A DNA stretch of 64,000 nt from a bacterium (GTDB taxonomy: Bacteria > Krumholzibacteriota > Krumholzibacteriia > LZORAL124-64-63), in the NCBI GenBank assembly GCA_031441465.1, contig JANOEP010000054.1:1-64000 (forward strand), given 5' to 3'. A program made the position numbers and the translations under genes. Position 1 is the stretch's first letter, and every line of letters starts with the position of its first letter. The notes beneath the pieces are model-generated. The model was given only the letters and a program-made list of their open reading frames with translations, was not told where the DNA came from and ran no database searches. This document shows, piece by piece, positions 52,397 through 62,000 of the stretch.

Positions 52397-55381
52397 CTAC
52401 AGCTCGGTCCGGGTCTCCTCCTCGATGCGGTAGGTCTCGACCACGTCGCCTTCCTGCAGGTCGTGGAAATTCTCGAGGCCGATGCCGCACTCGTAGCCCG
52501 ACTGCACCTCGCGGACGTCTTCCTTGAAGCGCTTCAGCGAACTGATCTTGCCCTCGAAGATCATCATCTCGTGGCGTACCAGCCGCAGCAGCGAGTTGCG
52601 GATGATGGTGCCCTTGGTGACGTAGGCGCCGGCCACGGTGCCGACCTTCGGGATGTGGTAGACCAGGCGGATCTCGGCCGAGCCGGTCGAGACCTCGCGG
52701 CGGATCTTGCCGAGTAGGCCGGCCATCGCCTTGCGCATCGTGTCGACGACCTCGTAGATGATGTCGAAGACCTCGATGGTCACGCCCTGCTCCTTGGCCC
52801 GCTCCTGGATGGCGTTGCCCGGGCGCATGTGGAAGCCGATGATCATGGCCCCGGTGTTCGCGGCCAGCAGCACGTCCGACTCGTTGATGGCGCCGACGCC
52901 CTTGTGCACGATGCGGACATGGACCTCGTCGGTGTTCAGGTCGAGCAGGGCGTCGCAGATCGCCTCCACCGAGCCCGACACGTCGCCCTTGACGATGATC
53001 GGCAGTTCCTTGGTGTCGCCCTGGGCCACCATCTCCGCCAGGTTGTCCAGCGAGATCGAACGCTTGGGCGCCGAGAACTGCTGCACGCGCTGCAGCTGCC
53101 GGCGCTTGCCGGCGATGTCGCGGGACTCGCGCTCGGTGTCCGTGACGTGGAGGCGGTCGCCCGCCAGGGGCACGTCGCCGGCGCCGAGCACCACGGCCGG
53201 CTCGCCGGGCAGGACCTGGGTCAGGACCTCGCCGCGCTCGTCGAGCAGGGCGCGCACCTTGCCGTCCTGCATGCCGCAGACGAAGTGATCGCCGACGCGC
53301 AGGGTCCCCTGCTCCACCAGGACCGTGAAGAGGACGCCGCGCCCCGGCTCCTTCGAAGCCTCGACGACGACGCCGCGCGCGTTGCCCTTGGACGAAGCCG
53401 CGAGTTCGAGCACTTCGGACTGCAGATGGACCAGCTCGAGCAGCCGCTCGATGTTGAGGCCCTTCTTCGCCGAGATCTCGGCGCTGAGCACGTCGCCGCC
53501 GAACTCCTCGACCACGATGCCCTGGCCCAGCAGGTCCTGCTTCACCAGGTCGGGCCGAGCTCCGGGCAGGTCGATCTTGTTGATGGCCACGATCAGCGGC
53601 ACGCCCGCCGCCTTGGCGTGGTTGATGGCCTCGATGGTCTGCGGCATGATGCGGTCGTCGGCCGCCACCACCAGGATCACGATGTCGGTGACCTGGGCGC
53701 CGCGCGCGCGCATGGCGCTGAAGGCCTCGTGGCCCGGCGTGTCCAGGAAGGTGATCGGGCCGCCGGGCGTCTGCACGCGGTAGGCGCCGATGTGCTGGGT
53801 GATGCCGCCGGCCTCGCCGGCGATGACGTTGGTCTTGCGGATGTAGTCCAGCAGCGACGTCTTGCCGTGGTCCACGTGACCCATCACCGTGACCACCGGC
53901 GCGCGGTGCTCGAGATCCTCCTCGAGGACTTCGGGCTCGGCGTCGGCCAGTTCCTCCTCGCCGTACTCGCTGAGGAACTCGACGTCCTTCTCGAACTCGT
54001 CGGCCAGCAGCTCGATCTGTTCGCGCTCCAGACGCTGGTTCATCGTGGCCATCAAGCCCAGGGAGAACAGCTTGGCGATGGCTTCGCGCGGCTGGATCTC
54101 GAACTTCTCGGCCAGTTCCTGCACCGTGATGAACTCGGTCACGCGCAGCATCGGGCCGGCGTCCGACTCGGCCTCCGCCCCGCCGCCGCGGCGGTGACGC
54201 CGCCGGCCGCCCTTGACGCCGTCGAGTTGGGCCAGGGTCTGCTTCACGCTCTGGGCAACGGCCACCTCGTCCACCTTCTTCTTCTTGCGGCGCTTGCGCC
54301 GGTCGCTGTCCGGCGTGCCTTCGCGGACTTCCTGGCGGCGCTGCATCGCGGCCTGGACGGAATCCCGCACCGAACTGTTGGCGTCGCTGCGGCCGCGGTG
54401 ACCCGTGAGGTCGCGTCGAACCTCGCCCCAGTTCCAATTCTCGGCGGGCTGGCCGTCGGCGCCGAGGACCGGCAGGCCGCCGGAGCCACCGCCCGGTGCG
54501 CGCGGCTCGGGCACCGCCAGCCCCGTCTTGGTCTGGACCACGCCGGAGCCCATGCGGATGACCTTGGCCGTCCGGCGGGGGCGACGGGAAGCCGCCGTCG
54601 ACTTCTCGTCGCGGGCGCCCGGCTGTCCGCCGCCATCCTGCTCTTCCTGGGAAGCTTCGGCAGGCGCCGCCGGGGCCGCCGTCTCGACGGCCTCGGCCGT
54701 CGCTTCGGTCTCGGGCGCGGCCGTCTCGGCGGGCGCCGCCGCGGGCGCCTCGGCCGGGGTTTCCTCGGCGACCGCCTCGGCCTTGACCGGGACGTCGGCC
54801 TTCTTGATGATCCGGGCGCGGCGCAGCGGCGGCTTCGCCGCGGCTTCGGGCTCCGCGGGGGCCGCCGCCAGCGGCGGGGGGGCCTTCTTCGGCGCCTTCA
54901 CGGCTGCGGCCGGTTCGGCCGGCGCGTCGGCGTGCGGCGCCTGGTCGGCCGGCGCCTTCAGCGTCGGCGTCGCCGCGGCAGGCGTCTTGTCGGCGGCGGT
55001 CTTGGCCGCCGGCTTCTTGGCGGCCGCATCCTTCGCGGCCGGCTCCTTCTTTGCGACGACCTTCTTCTTCGCGGCCTTCTTCGCCGGCTTGGCCGGTTTC
55101 TCCACCTCGGGCTCGTCGGGGGCCACCGGCAGGTCGAGGGGCCGGAAACTGGCGACGTGCTTGAGCTTTTCGGGATCCAGGTTGTGCGCCTTGGCATAGT
55201 TCAGGCGCATGATCTCCCGCTTGCGCTGGTAACTGGCGTGGATCTTCTCGATCACGTCGTCCTCGACCACGCTCATGTGGCTCTTGGCCTCGGCGTGCAT
55301 GTCCCGCATCATCTTGAGGATGACGGGGCTGTCGACACCGTAGTGCTTGGCGAGTTCGTAGACCCTGAGCTTCCTGACCAA
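52397..55381 (-). CDS. infB: Translation initiation factor IF-2
   Basis: RVYELAK N-terminus, VTVMGHVDHGKTSLLD, GGITQHIG, DTPGHEAF, NKID, ECGIG; long Ala/Pro/Lys-rich linker. Confidence 0.98.
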   Translation of the reverse strand: MVRKLRVYELAKHYGVDSPVILKMMRDMHAEAKSHMSVVEDDVIEKIHASYQRKREIMRLNYAKAHNLDPEKLKHVASFRPLDLPVAPDEPEVEKPAKPAKKAAKKKVVAKKEPAAKDAAAKKPAAKTAADKTPAAATPTLKAPADQAPHADAPAEPAAAVKAPKKAPPPLAAAPAEPEAAAKPPLRRARIIKKADVPVKAEAVAEETPAEAPAAAPAETAAPETEATAEAVETAAPAAPAEASQEEQDGGGQPGARDEKSTAASRRPRRTAKVIRMGSGVVQTKTGLAVPEPRAPGGGSGGLPVLGADGQPAENWNWGEVRRDLTGHRGRSDANSSVRDSVQAAMQRRQEVREGTPDSDRRKRRKKKKVDEVAVAQSVKQTLAQLDGVKGGRRRHRRGGGAEAESDAGPMLRVTEFITVQELAEKFEIQPREAIAKLFSLGLMATMNQRLEREQIELLADEFEKDVEFLSEYGEEELADAEPEVLEEDLEHRAPVVTVMGHVDHGKTSLLDYIRKTNVIAGEAGGITQHIGAYRVQTPGGPITFLDTPGHEAFSAMRARGAQVTDIVILVVAADDRIMPQTIEAINHAKAAGVPLIVAINKIDLPGARPDLVKQDLLGQGIVVEEFGGDVLSAEISAKKGLNIERLLELVHLQSEVLELAASSKGNARGVVVEASKEPGRGVLFTVLVEQGTLRVGDHFVCGMQDGKVRALLDERGEVLTQVLPGEPAVVLGAGDVPLAGDRLHVTDTERESRDIAGKRRQLQRVQQFSAPKRSISLDNLAEMVAQGDTKELPIIVKGDVSGSVEAICDALLDLNTDEVHVRIVHKGVGAINESDVLLAANTGAMIIGFHMRPGNAIQERAKEQGVTIEVFDIIYEVVDTMRKAMAGLLGKIRREVSTGSAEIRLVYHIPKVGTVAGAYVTKGTIIRNSLLRLVRHEMMIFEGKISSLKRFKEDVREVQSGYECGIGLENFHDLQEGDVVETYRIEEETRTEL

Positions 55382-55395
55382 GTGTCCTACCTCCG

Positions 55396-55770
55396 TCAGC
55401 GGTTGCGCCGTCTTCGTGACCGTCCCCCGCGCGGGGGTGCGGCGCCGATGCCTCGCAGGAAATCCGGGTCGTCGAGGGCGACGACCGTCAAGTTGCGCCG
55501 GCCGAGCGCCCGCGCCAGATCTTCGCGTCCCAGCAGGTCGCCCCAGATCGCCCTCACGGGCGCCAGCGAGAGGTAGCGGTCCCTCTGACGGGGACTCGCG
55601 TCGGTCGCCAGGACGAGCACGGGCCGACGCCCCTTGGCCACCATGCGGGAGACCTGTTCCGCCCCGGTGGCCAGCTTACCCGCGCGGAGCGCCAGTCCCA
55701 GCATCCTCAACAGCGCCTCGCCGTCGGCGGGAGCCTGCACTCCGCCGGTGTCGCCGCCGTTCTCGTTCAC
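55396..55770 (-). CDS. L7Ae-like RNA-binding protein (YlxQ-like)
   Basis: LGLALRAGKL.TG, LVLATDAS, L..ALGR....V.AL.D..F; the GTG overlaps the nusA stop. Confidence 0.8.
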   Translation of the reverse strand: MNENGGDTGGVQAPADGEALLRMLGLALRAGKLATGAEQVSRMVAKGRRPVLVLATDASPRQRDRYLSLAPVRAIWGDLLGREDLARALGRRNLTVVALDDPDFLRGIGAAPPRGGRSRRRRNR

Positions 55771-57281
55771 GACTCCTCGTCCGGACGCTGCGGTTCCTCG
55801 GGCTCGGCCGGTACGGGCGTTTCGGGCAGTTCGCTCAACCGCGTGTCGAAGTCCGCGAACGGGTCGCCCGATACTTCGACGTCCTCGGCCGAGGCCGGCA
55901 GCGCCGGCTCGCCGGCCTCGTCCACGGCCGCGGCCTCCGCCGGGGACTCGAACAGGCTCTCGTCGAAGAGCGGCTTCTCCTCGGCCTCGGCCTTGGCCAG
56001 TTCCTCGGCCACGGTCGAGTCGATGATGCGGTCCAGCTCGTCGAGGGTCGCGAAAGCCGTCTGCTGAAGCGATTCGGCGGTCTTGGGTCCGATGCCCGGG
56101 ATGGCCACGAGGTCGTCGTAGCCGGCTTCGGCCAGCGCCTCGATGGAGTCGATGCCGGCGCCGCGCAGTGCGGCGGCCAGCTTCTCGGTGATCCCGTTCA
56201 TCTCGTCCAGCTCCATCGAGACTTCCTGCATGACGCGCTGGCGGATGTGGAACTCGCGGGCCGCGACGAGGTTGATCTTCCACTCGGTGAGCTTGGCGGC
56301 GAGGCGGACGTTCTTGCCTTCCTTGCCGATGGCCTTCGAGAGCTGGTCGTCGTTGACCACGACGGTCGCCTCGCGGTTCTCCTCGTCCAGGATGATGCTG
56401 CTGACCTCGGCCGGGCTGAGCGCGCGGCTGATCAGCAGGGAGATCTCGGCGCTCCAGGGCACGATGTCGATGCGCTCGCCCGCGAGTTCGCGGGTGACGG
56501 CCTGCACGCGGGAGCCCTTCATGCCGACGCAGGAGCCGACGGCGTCAACGCGGTCGTCGTGGCTGACCACGGCGATCTTGGAGCGGGAGCCGGGCTCGCG
56601 GGCCACGGCCTTGATCTCGACGATCCCCTCCTGGATCTCGGGGACCTCCTGCTCGAACAGCGACCGCAGGAAGTTGGGGTGGCTGCGCGAGAGGATGATC
56701 TGGGGACCCTTGGCGTTGTCGAGGACCTCGATGACCAGCGCGCGGATGGTCGAGCCCTGGTGGGCCTTCTCGCCGCGGATCTGCTCGCGGAACGGCAGCA
56801 GCGCCTCGACGCGGCCGAGGTTGACCAGCACGTTGCCGCGGTCGACCTGCTGCACGCTGCCGGTGATGATCTCGCCGACACGGTCCTTGTAGGTATCGAA
56901 GATCTGGGTGCGCTCGGCCTCGCGCACCTTCTGCACGAGGATCTGCTTGGCCACCAGGATGGCGTTGCGCCCGAACTCCTCCAGGGGCAGCTCCCACCGG
57001 ACCTGGTCGCCGATCTGGATGCTGTCGCCGAACTCCTCGCGGGCCTCGTCGATGTTCAGTTCCGCGTCCTCGTCCATGAGGTCGTCCACGACGGTCTTGA
57101 CCTGTTCGACGGTCATCTCGCCGGTCACCTCGTCGACGCGGGCGTCGATGATGGCCTCGGCGCCGAGCTTCTTGCGGGCGGCCGACTGGAGCCCCGCGAC
57201 CAGGGACTCGATGACCACGGCGCGGTTCAGATTCTTCTCCCGCGTGATCATCGCGAGGGCGTCCAGGACGTTGTAGTCCAT
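55767..57281 (-). CDS. nusA: Transcription factor NusA
   Basis: FGR.A...AKQ, S1 domain, LF.QEVPEI..G, AREPG.RSK, AIGK.G.NVRLA..LT, C-terminal HhH repeats. Confidence 0.97.
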   Translation of the reverse strand: MDYNVLDALAMITREKNLNRAVVIESLVAGLQSAARKKLGAEAIIDARVDEVTGEMTVEQVKTVVDDLMDEDAELNIDEAREEFGDSIQIGDQVRWELPLEEFGRNAILVAKQILVQKVREAERTQIFDTYKDRVGEIITGSVQQVDRGNVLVNLGRVEALLPFREQIRGEKAHQGSTIRALVIEVLDNAKGPQIILSRSHPNFLRSLFEQEVPEIQEGIVEIKAVAREPGSRSKIAVVSHDDRVDAVGSCVGMKGSRVQAVTRELAGERIDIVPWSAEISLLISRALSPAEVSSIILDEENREATVVVNDDQLSKAIGKEGKNVRLAAKLTEWKINLVAAREFHIRQRVMQEVSMELDEMNGITEKLAAALRGAGIDSIEALAEAGYDDLVAIPGIGPKTAESLQQTAFATLDELDRIIDSTVAEELAKAEAEEKPLFDESLFESPAEAAAVDEAGEPALPASAEDVEVSGDPFADFDTRLSELPETPVPAEPEEPQRPDEES

Positions 57282-57317
57282 GCTCCTGCTCCTGTGGCGG
57301 CGCCGGTCCGTGCCGGG

Positions 57318-57872
57318 TCAGCGTTCGCGCGTCTGGCGGCGCGTCTGGCGCGCCTGCTTCTTGTCGTCCTTGCGTCGGCGCCGGTCGGCCTGGATCAGCG
57401 CCTGGGCGTCGAACTCGGGATCGAGGTTGGCTTCCCGGATCCTGTGGCGCAGGATCTCGAGCGGCTCCTGATCGTCGGCCGTCCGCACCTGCAGCCGGTT
57501 TTCGTCCGCGGCCTCGAGCCGGCCCTTGACCGAGCGCGGGGGGCCCGCGGCGGCGACCTTCAGGATCACGTCCTGCCCGACGGCCGCCGTGAAGTGGGTC
57601 GTCGTGCGCAGGGGGCGCCGCACGCCGGGCGAGGAGACCTCGATCACGTAGGCTTCGGCGACGAGCCCGGCCTCCTCGACCAGCATGCCCGCGCTGCGCG
57701 ACGCCTCGGCGCAGTCGTCCACGCCGATGCCGCCCTCGCGGTCGACGTACAGGCGCAGGGTCAGCCGCCCGCCGCCGCGGAAGACGCGCACGTCGAGCAG
57801 GTCGTAGCCCTGCGCCGCGAGCGGGGCCACGAGCAGGTCCACTACGCGGCCCGCCAGCTCGTAACGGTCCAC
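57318..57872 (-). CDS. rimP: Ribosome maturation factor RimP
   Basis: LRLYVD..GGI..DDC...SR, Y.IEVSSPG..RPL; GTG with GGAGG. Confidence 0.93.
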   Translation of the reverse strand: MDRYELAGRVVDLLVAPLAAQGYDLLDVRVFRGGGRLTLRLYVDREGGIGVDDCAEASRSAGMLVEEAGLVAEAYVIEVSSPGVRRPLRTTTHFTAAVGQDVILKVAAAGPPRSVKGRLEAADENRLQVRTADDQEPLEILRHRIREANLDPEFDAQALIQADRRRRKDDKKQARQTRRQTRER

Positions 57873-57916
57873 GCCGCCGCCTCCCGCCAACGGTCCCCGT
57901 GCGGGGGCCGTACATG

Positions 57917-57942
57917 AAAAGAAGTGGACTTGCGCCCACTCC
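57917..57942 (-). promoter_or_regulatory. rimP leader terminator/attenuator hairpin
   Basis: GGAGUGGGC-GCAA-GUCCACUUC-UUUU between the promoter and the rimP start. Confidence 0.7.
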
Positions 57943-57981
57943 AAAAACCGTGCCGGGTCGGCACACTCCTGAAGTGGGGCC

Positions 57982-58011
57982 AATATACACCCGGGGCGGC
58001 CCGCGCGGCAA
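57982..58011 (-). promoter_or_regulatory. Putative sigma70 promoter of the rimP-nusA-infB operon
   Basis: TTGCCG-N18-TATATT. Confidence 0.6.
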
Positions 58012-58049
58012 GGAAAAACCGGCCCCGGCGAGCCGGGGGGCCGGACGGA

Positions 58050-59009
58050 TCACTCGGGCGGGTGGCGGATCAGATCCCAGATCAGGGTGCCCACCTGTTC
58101 CAGGCTCGCCGCCGAACAGGCCGCCGGCACGTCGGCGGCGGTATGCCAGGCCGGGTAGTCGAAGTCGATGAGGTCGACGGCGGGCAGGCCGCGGCGCAGG
58201 AACGGGACATGATCGTCGAAGACCGTCGGACCCGGTTCCTGCACCAGGGCCGTCAGGCCCAGGGCCTCCGCCCGCTCGAAGACGGTCCGGGTCCAGTCCC
58301 CCGCCAGCGCCAGGCTGTAACCCTCCTGCGGGATCGCCAGATCGCGGTCGCCGACCATGTCCAGCAGGATCAGGCCCTGCGGCGGCGGTCCGGCCAGTGG
58401 CGCGCCGAAATCGTGCCAATGGTCGGCCAGCCAGCGCGAACCCAGGCAGTAGCCGTCGAGGTCCCCGGCGCGCCCGAGGTCCTCGCCGTCGAAGAAGATC
58501 AGCGCCACGGGCCGCGGCGGCGACTCGGCCGCCATCAGCTCGGCCAGGTGCAGCAGGATCGCCGTGCCGCTGGCGCCGTCGTTGGCTCCGGTCAGCGGCC
58601 GGGCCGCGCGCGCGGGATCGGGGTCGCGGTCGCAGAAGGGTCGGCTGTCGTAGTGGGCGCCGAGCCAGAGGCGGGGGCCGCTCCCCCGACCCGCCAGGAT
58701 CACCAGGTTGGTCAGCTTCAGCGTCCTGTGCTCGTAGGGATGGGGCCGGTCGAAGGGCAGGCGGTGGGCGGCCAGACCCAGGGAGCGGGCCTGCTCGAGG
58801 ATCGCCGCTTCCAGGGCGGCGTGGCCGGACGACCCGGGGATGCGCGGACCCAAGGCGCACTGGCGCTCCAGCCAGACCATCGCCCGCGCGCCGTCGAAAT
58901 CGGCCGCCCGGGCCGCATCGCCCCATCCCCCGACCAGCGTCGCGACGGTCAGGCCCAACAGGACAACCGCCGCCGGCAGCGGGCCGCGTCTGTCAGCGTT
59001 AGAAGACAA
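58050..59009 (-). CDS. M28 family metalloenzyme, glutaminyl-cyclase-like
   Basis: Signal peptide; GPR.PGS..H, GAHYDSRP..D.D, GANDGASG, FFDGED.G, YCLGS, LLDMVG, DDH.PF, WHT..D. Start approximate; it overlaps the sprA stop. Confidence 0.85.
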   Translation of the reverse strand: MSSNADRRGPLPAAVVLLGLTVATLVGGWGDAARAADFDGARAMVWLERQCALGPRIPGSSGHAALEAAILEQARSLGLAAHRLPFDRPHPYEHRTLKLTNLVILAGRGSGPRLWLGAHYDSRPFCDRDPDPARAARPLTGANDGASGTAILLHLAELMAAESPPRPVALIFFDGEDLGRAGDLDGYCLGSRWLADHWHDFGAPLAGPPPQGLILLDMVGDRDLAIPQEGYSLALAGDWTRTVFERAEALGLTALVQEPGPTVFDDHVPFLRRGLPAVDLIDFDYPAWHTAADVPAACSAASLEQVGTLIWDLIRHPPE

Positions 59010-62000
59010 AGGTCGCCTCCAACCCCAGGCCGAAGCGCTGCGTCACCAGGTCGGTTTCCTTGACCGAGTCCCGCGAATAGATGAACCGCAACGCTCCCGA
59101 CAGGTTGCGGCTGAGCTGGTAGCTGAAGCGGGGGTTGAAGCTCCACCGGCCGGTGCCGGTGTTCTGGTCGGGTTCGCCGTTGCGGTCGGTGCCGGCGAAC
59201 CAGCGGTCCGTGTTGTCCCGGGTCATGCTGATGTCGATGTCCATGTTGATGTTGGGCTGGGCTCCCGGCTTGTAGAGCCCGAGCCGCGAGAGCAGTTTCT
59301 CGGCGCGGAACTGGTGCCGCAGCTGCAGGTTGACGTTGAAGCGGCTGGTCGTGCTCAAACTGCTGTTCTGCTCGGACCGGTCCACGCTGCTGCCGACGTT
59401 CAAGCTGGCGGACATGCCGTTCTGGAAGGTGAAGTTCAGGCGCGGGGTGAGCTGCGTCGATTCGCGGGGATTGTACTGCGTCGCCGTGAAGTTCGGGATG
59501 TTGCGGGTGAACTTGTAGTTGATCTGCAGGTTCGCCGACCGCAAGAGGCCGTCGGTGCCGCCGCCGCCGAGCAGGCCGAGCCGCTCGAGCCCCGTCAGGG
59601 AAAAGCGCAGGTCCGGCCAGTCCCGGTTGTAGGATTCCGTCCGCAGGCCGGCCTGTTCGGACTCGCTGACGGTGCGCGAGTAGTTGACGTCGAGCGAGGC
59701 CATGCGGCTCAGCTTGGAACTGGTCGACAGCGTGAGCGCGGTCTGGTCGCTGAGCCCGTGGCCCACGTAGAGCGATTCCGCGGCCGCGTAGTCGTTGTAG
59801 AAACCCACCCGATACCAGAACGGCGTGTTGCCGGTGAACCGGCCGTAGCTCGCCTGCTTCTTTTTCGAGTAGTTGACCTGGACCGGCTGGGTTTCCCTCA
59901 GGATCCCCACGAGACCGGGCAGGGGGTTCGGCACCCGCCAGCGGCGGCCCGCCGCGGGTGCGGCGGCGGTCGAATCGGCGACGGCCGCGACCACCGTCGA
60001 ATCGGCGGGCGCCCGCTCCCGTTCGCGCCGTTCGCGGCGCTCCTGCTCGGCCCGCGCTTCTTCCTCGGCCCGACGCAGCAACGCCTCGTCCTCGATCACC
60101 CGGCGTTCCTCGTCCGTGAGGTTCGGGTCGTCGAGCCGCGGGTCCCGCACCGAAGTCGCGCCGGCCTCGCCGACCTCGCCGGCCGCGCCGACCGCGCCGG
60201 CCTCGCCGGTCCCACCCGCGGTTCCTGGCGCACCCGTCCCACCGCCGCCGCTCTGGCGCCGAGCCTGCTCGGCCTGCTGCCGCAGGCGGGCGGCCTGCTC
60301 TTCGCGGGAAAGGGTGGAACGGCGCGGGACGAGGCTGTTGACCAGGCCGTCGATCGGCAGCGACAGGCGCACCGTCCAGTCACCACTATTCTGGATGTTG
60401 CGGATCCCGGGCGGGTCGCCGGTCTGGCGGACGGACGGCGAGTGGTTGTCGCTGAACGAGCCGTTGAAGTTCAGCGTCGGGCGCAGGGAGCGCGAGGCGC
60501 GCAGGGCGAGGTCCAGCGGGCGCGCCCACCAGCCCTCGGGCACCTCCAAGCGCTGGGGCGGCTGGAAGCGCAGCTGGACCTGCTGGGCGAAGATGTTCTC
60601 CTGGCCGAAGTTGAAACCCAGGGCCTCGCGCGGGCGCAACGGGTCGCGATCGGAGCGGGCCGTGAAGTCCAGGTCGACGATGGACAGGGGTTTGTAGGAG
60701 AAGGAGCCGGTGAGGGTGCCCGAGCGCGTCCGCTGGGTCGGCCGGGCCTCGAAGGCCCCGGTGAGCACGCTGAAGTTCTGGGTGCGGCGCTCGGTCGAGG
60801 AATAGTTGCCGCTGAAGGTGATCTTCGAGGGCAGCAGCCCGATCCCCTGGACGAGCGGGATGCGGCCGAGCAGCGGGATGATCGCCAGCTTGCGGTCGCC
60901 GCCGATGCGCAGGTCGTAGGTGAGCGAGCCCTGCAGGTTCTTGCCCTGCTGGATGGCCAGCGGCGTGTCGTCGCCGGTGCGCGACCCGCTCAGGCCGACG
61001 TTCCAGGGATCGACGAGGTACCGCAGCAGGGGGTGGACCGAGGGCGCCCGCGTCACGCGCACCGAAAAGCTCTCGCGCTCGTTGTGCGAGGACTCCCTCG
61101 CGCGCAGGGCCTCGTCGATGATCTCGATGTCGCTGTTGGTGACGTACTTCGGACGGCGGACGCCCACCTGGCGGCCGAGGCTCACCGGCACGCGGAAGCC
61201 GAGCATCGGCACGAAATCGTCGATGCGGAAGCTCGAGGTGAGGTTCCAGTCCTCGTTGGTGAAGCCCTGGCCGGCGTCGCTGCTCAGCCCGTGGAACTCG
61301 GCGTCCCGCCGCGACCAGTCGAAGTCGGTCTTGATGATGTCGGCCATGTTCACGCTCATGGCGACGCGCTCGGCGTATCCCGTCGCCCGCCGGACCGACT
61401 GGAGGCGGACGTCGTTGAAGTAGAAGTAGCCGCTGGCCCCCGCGCTGCGGTCGGTGTTGCGGACTCCCAGGTAGAAGCGCTTGACGCGGCGCAGGTCGGG
61501 CGAGCCGACGACCCGGACGCGGTAGTCGCGATCGGCTTCCGAGTCGCGCACGCGCGTCACGATCCAGCCCGAGACCGGGTCCGGCGCGTCGAGCTTGGCG
61601 TTGCTGAGCTCGGCGAGGTCGAGGCTCAGCGCCTGCCAGCCGCTGCGGGCGCCGTCGCTCTCGTCGAAGCGGTAGCTGATCTCGTAGTAGTTGAGCGTGT
61701 CGGCGCCGACCCGGTAGAAGACCTCCATGTCGGCCTGGTCGGGATCCGGGTTGAAGACATACCAGAGCAGGCGCTCGTAACGCGTGAAGTCCTCGCCCTG
61801 GGGCGAGATCAGCCGGCTGGCGCGCACCATGTGCTGGCGCTGGAGGTTCTGGTAGTCGAGCACGAGCGAGGTTTCCTTCTCCTGCACCTGGTTCTGGATG
61901 CGCAGCGCGAAGGGAGGGACGTAGTCCGGGTTCTCCTTGTTGTTCACCTCGCCGAGGAAGAACTCCTCCCCCGCCGCCAGGTCGGCCGGGGTCAGCAGCA

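Noticed and set aside
54600..55120. Repetitive Ala/Pro/Lys/Glu segment in infB
   Set aside because: Ordinary variable IF-2 N-terminal linker.
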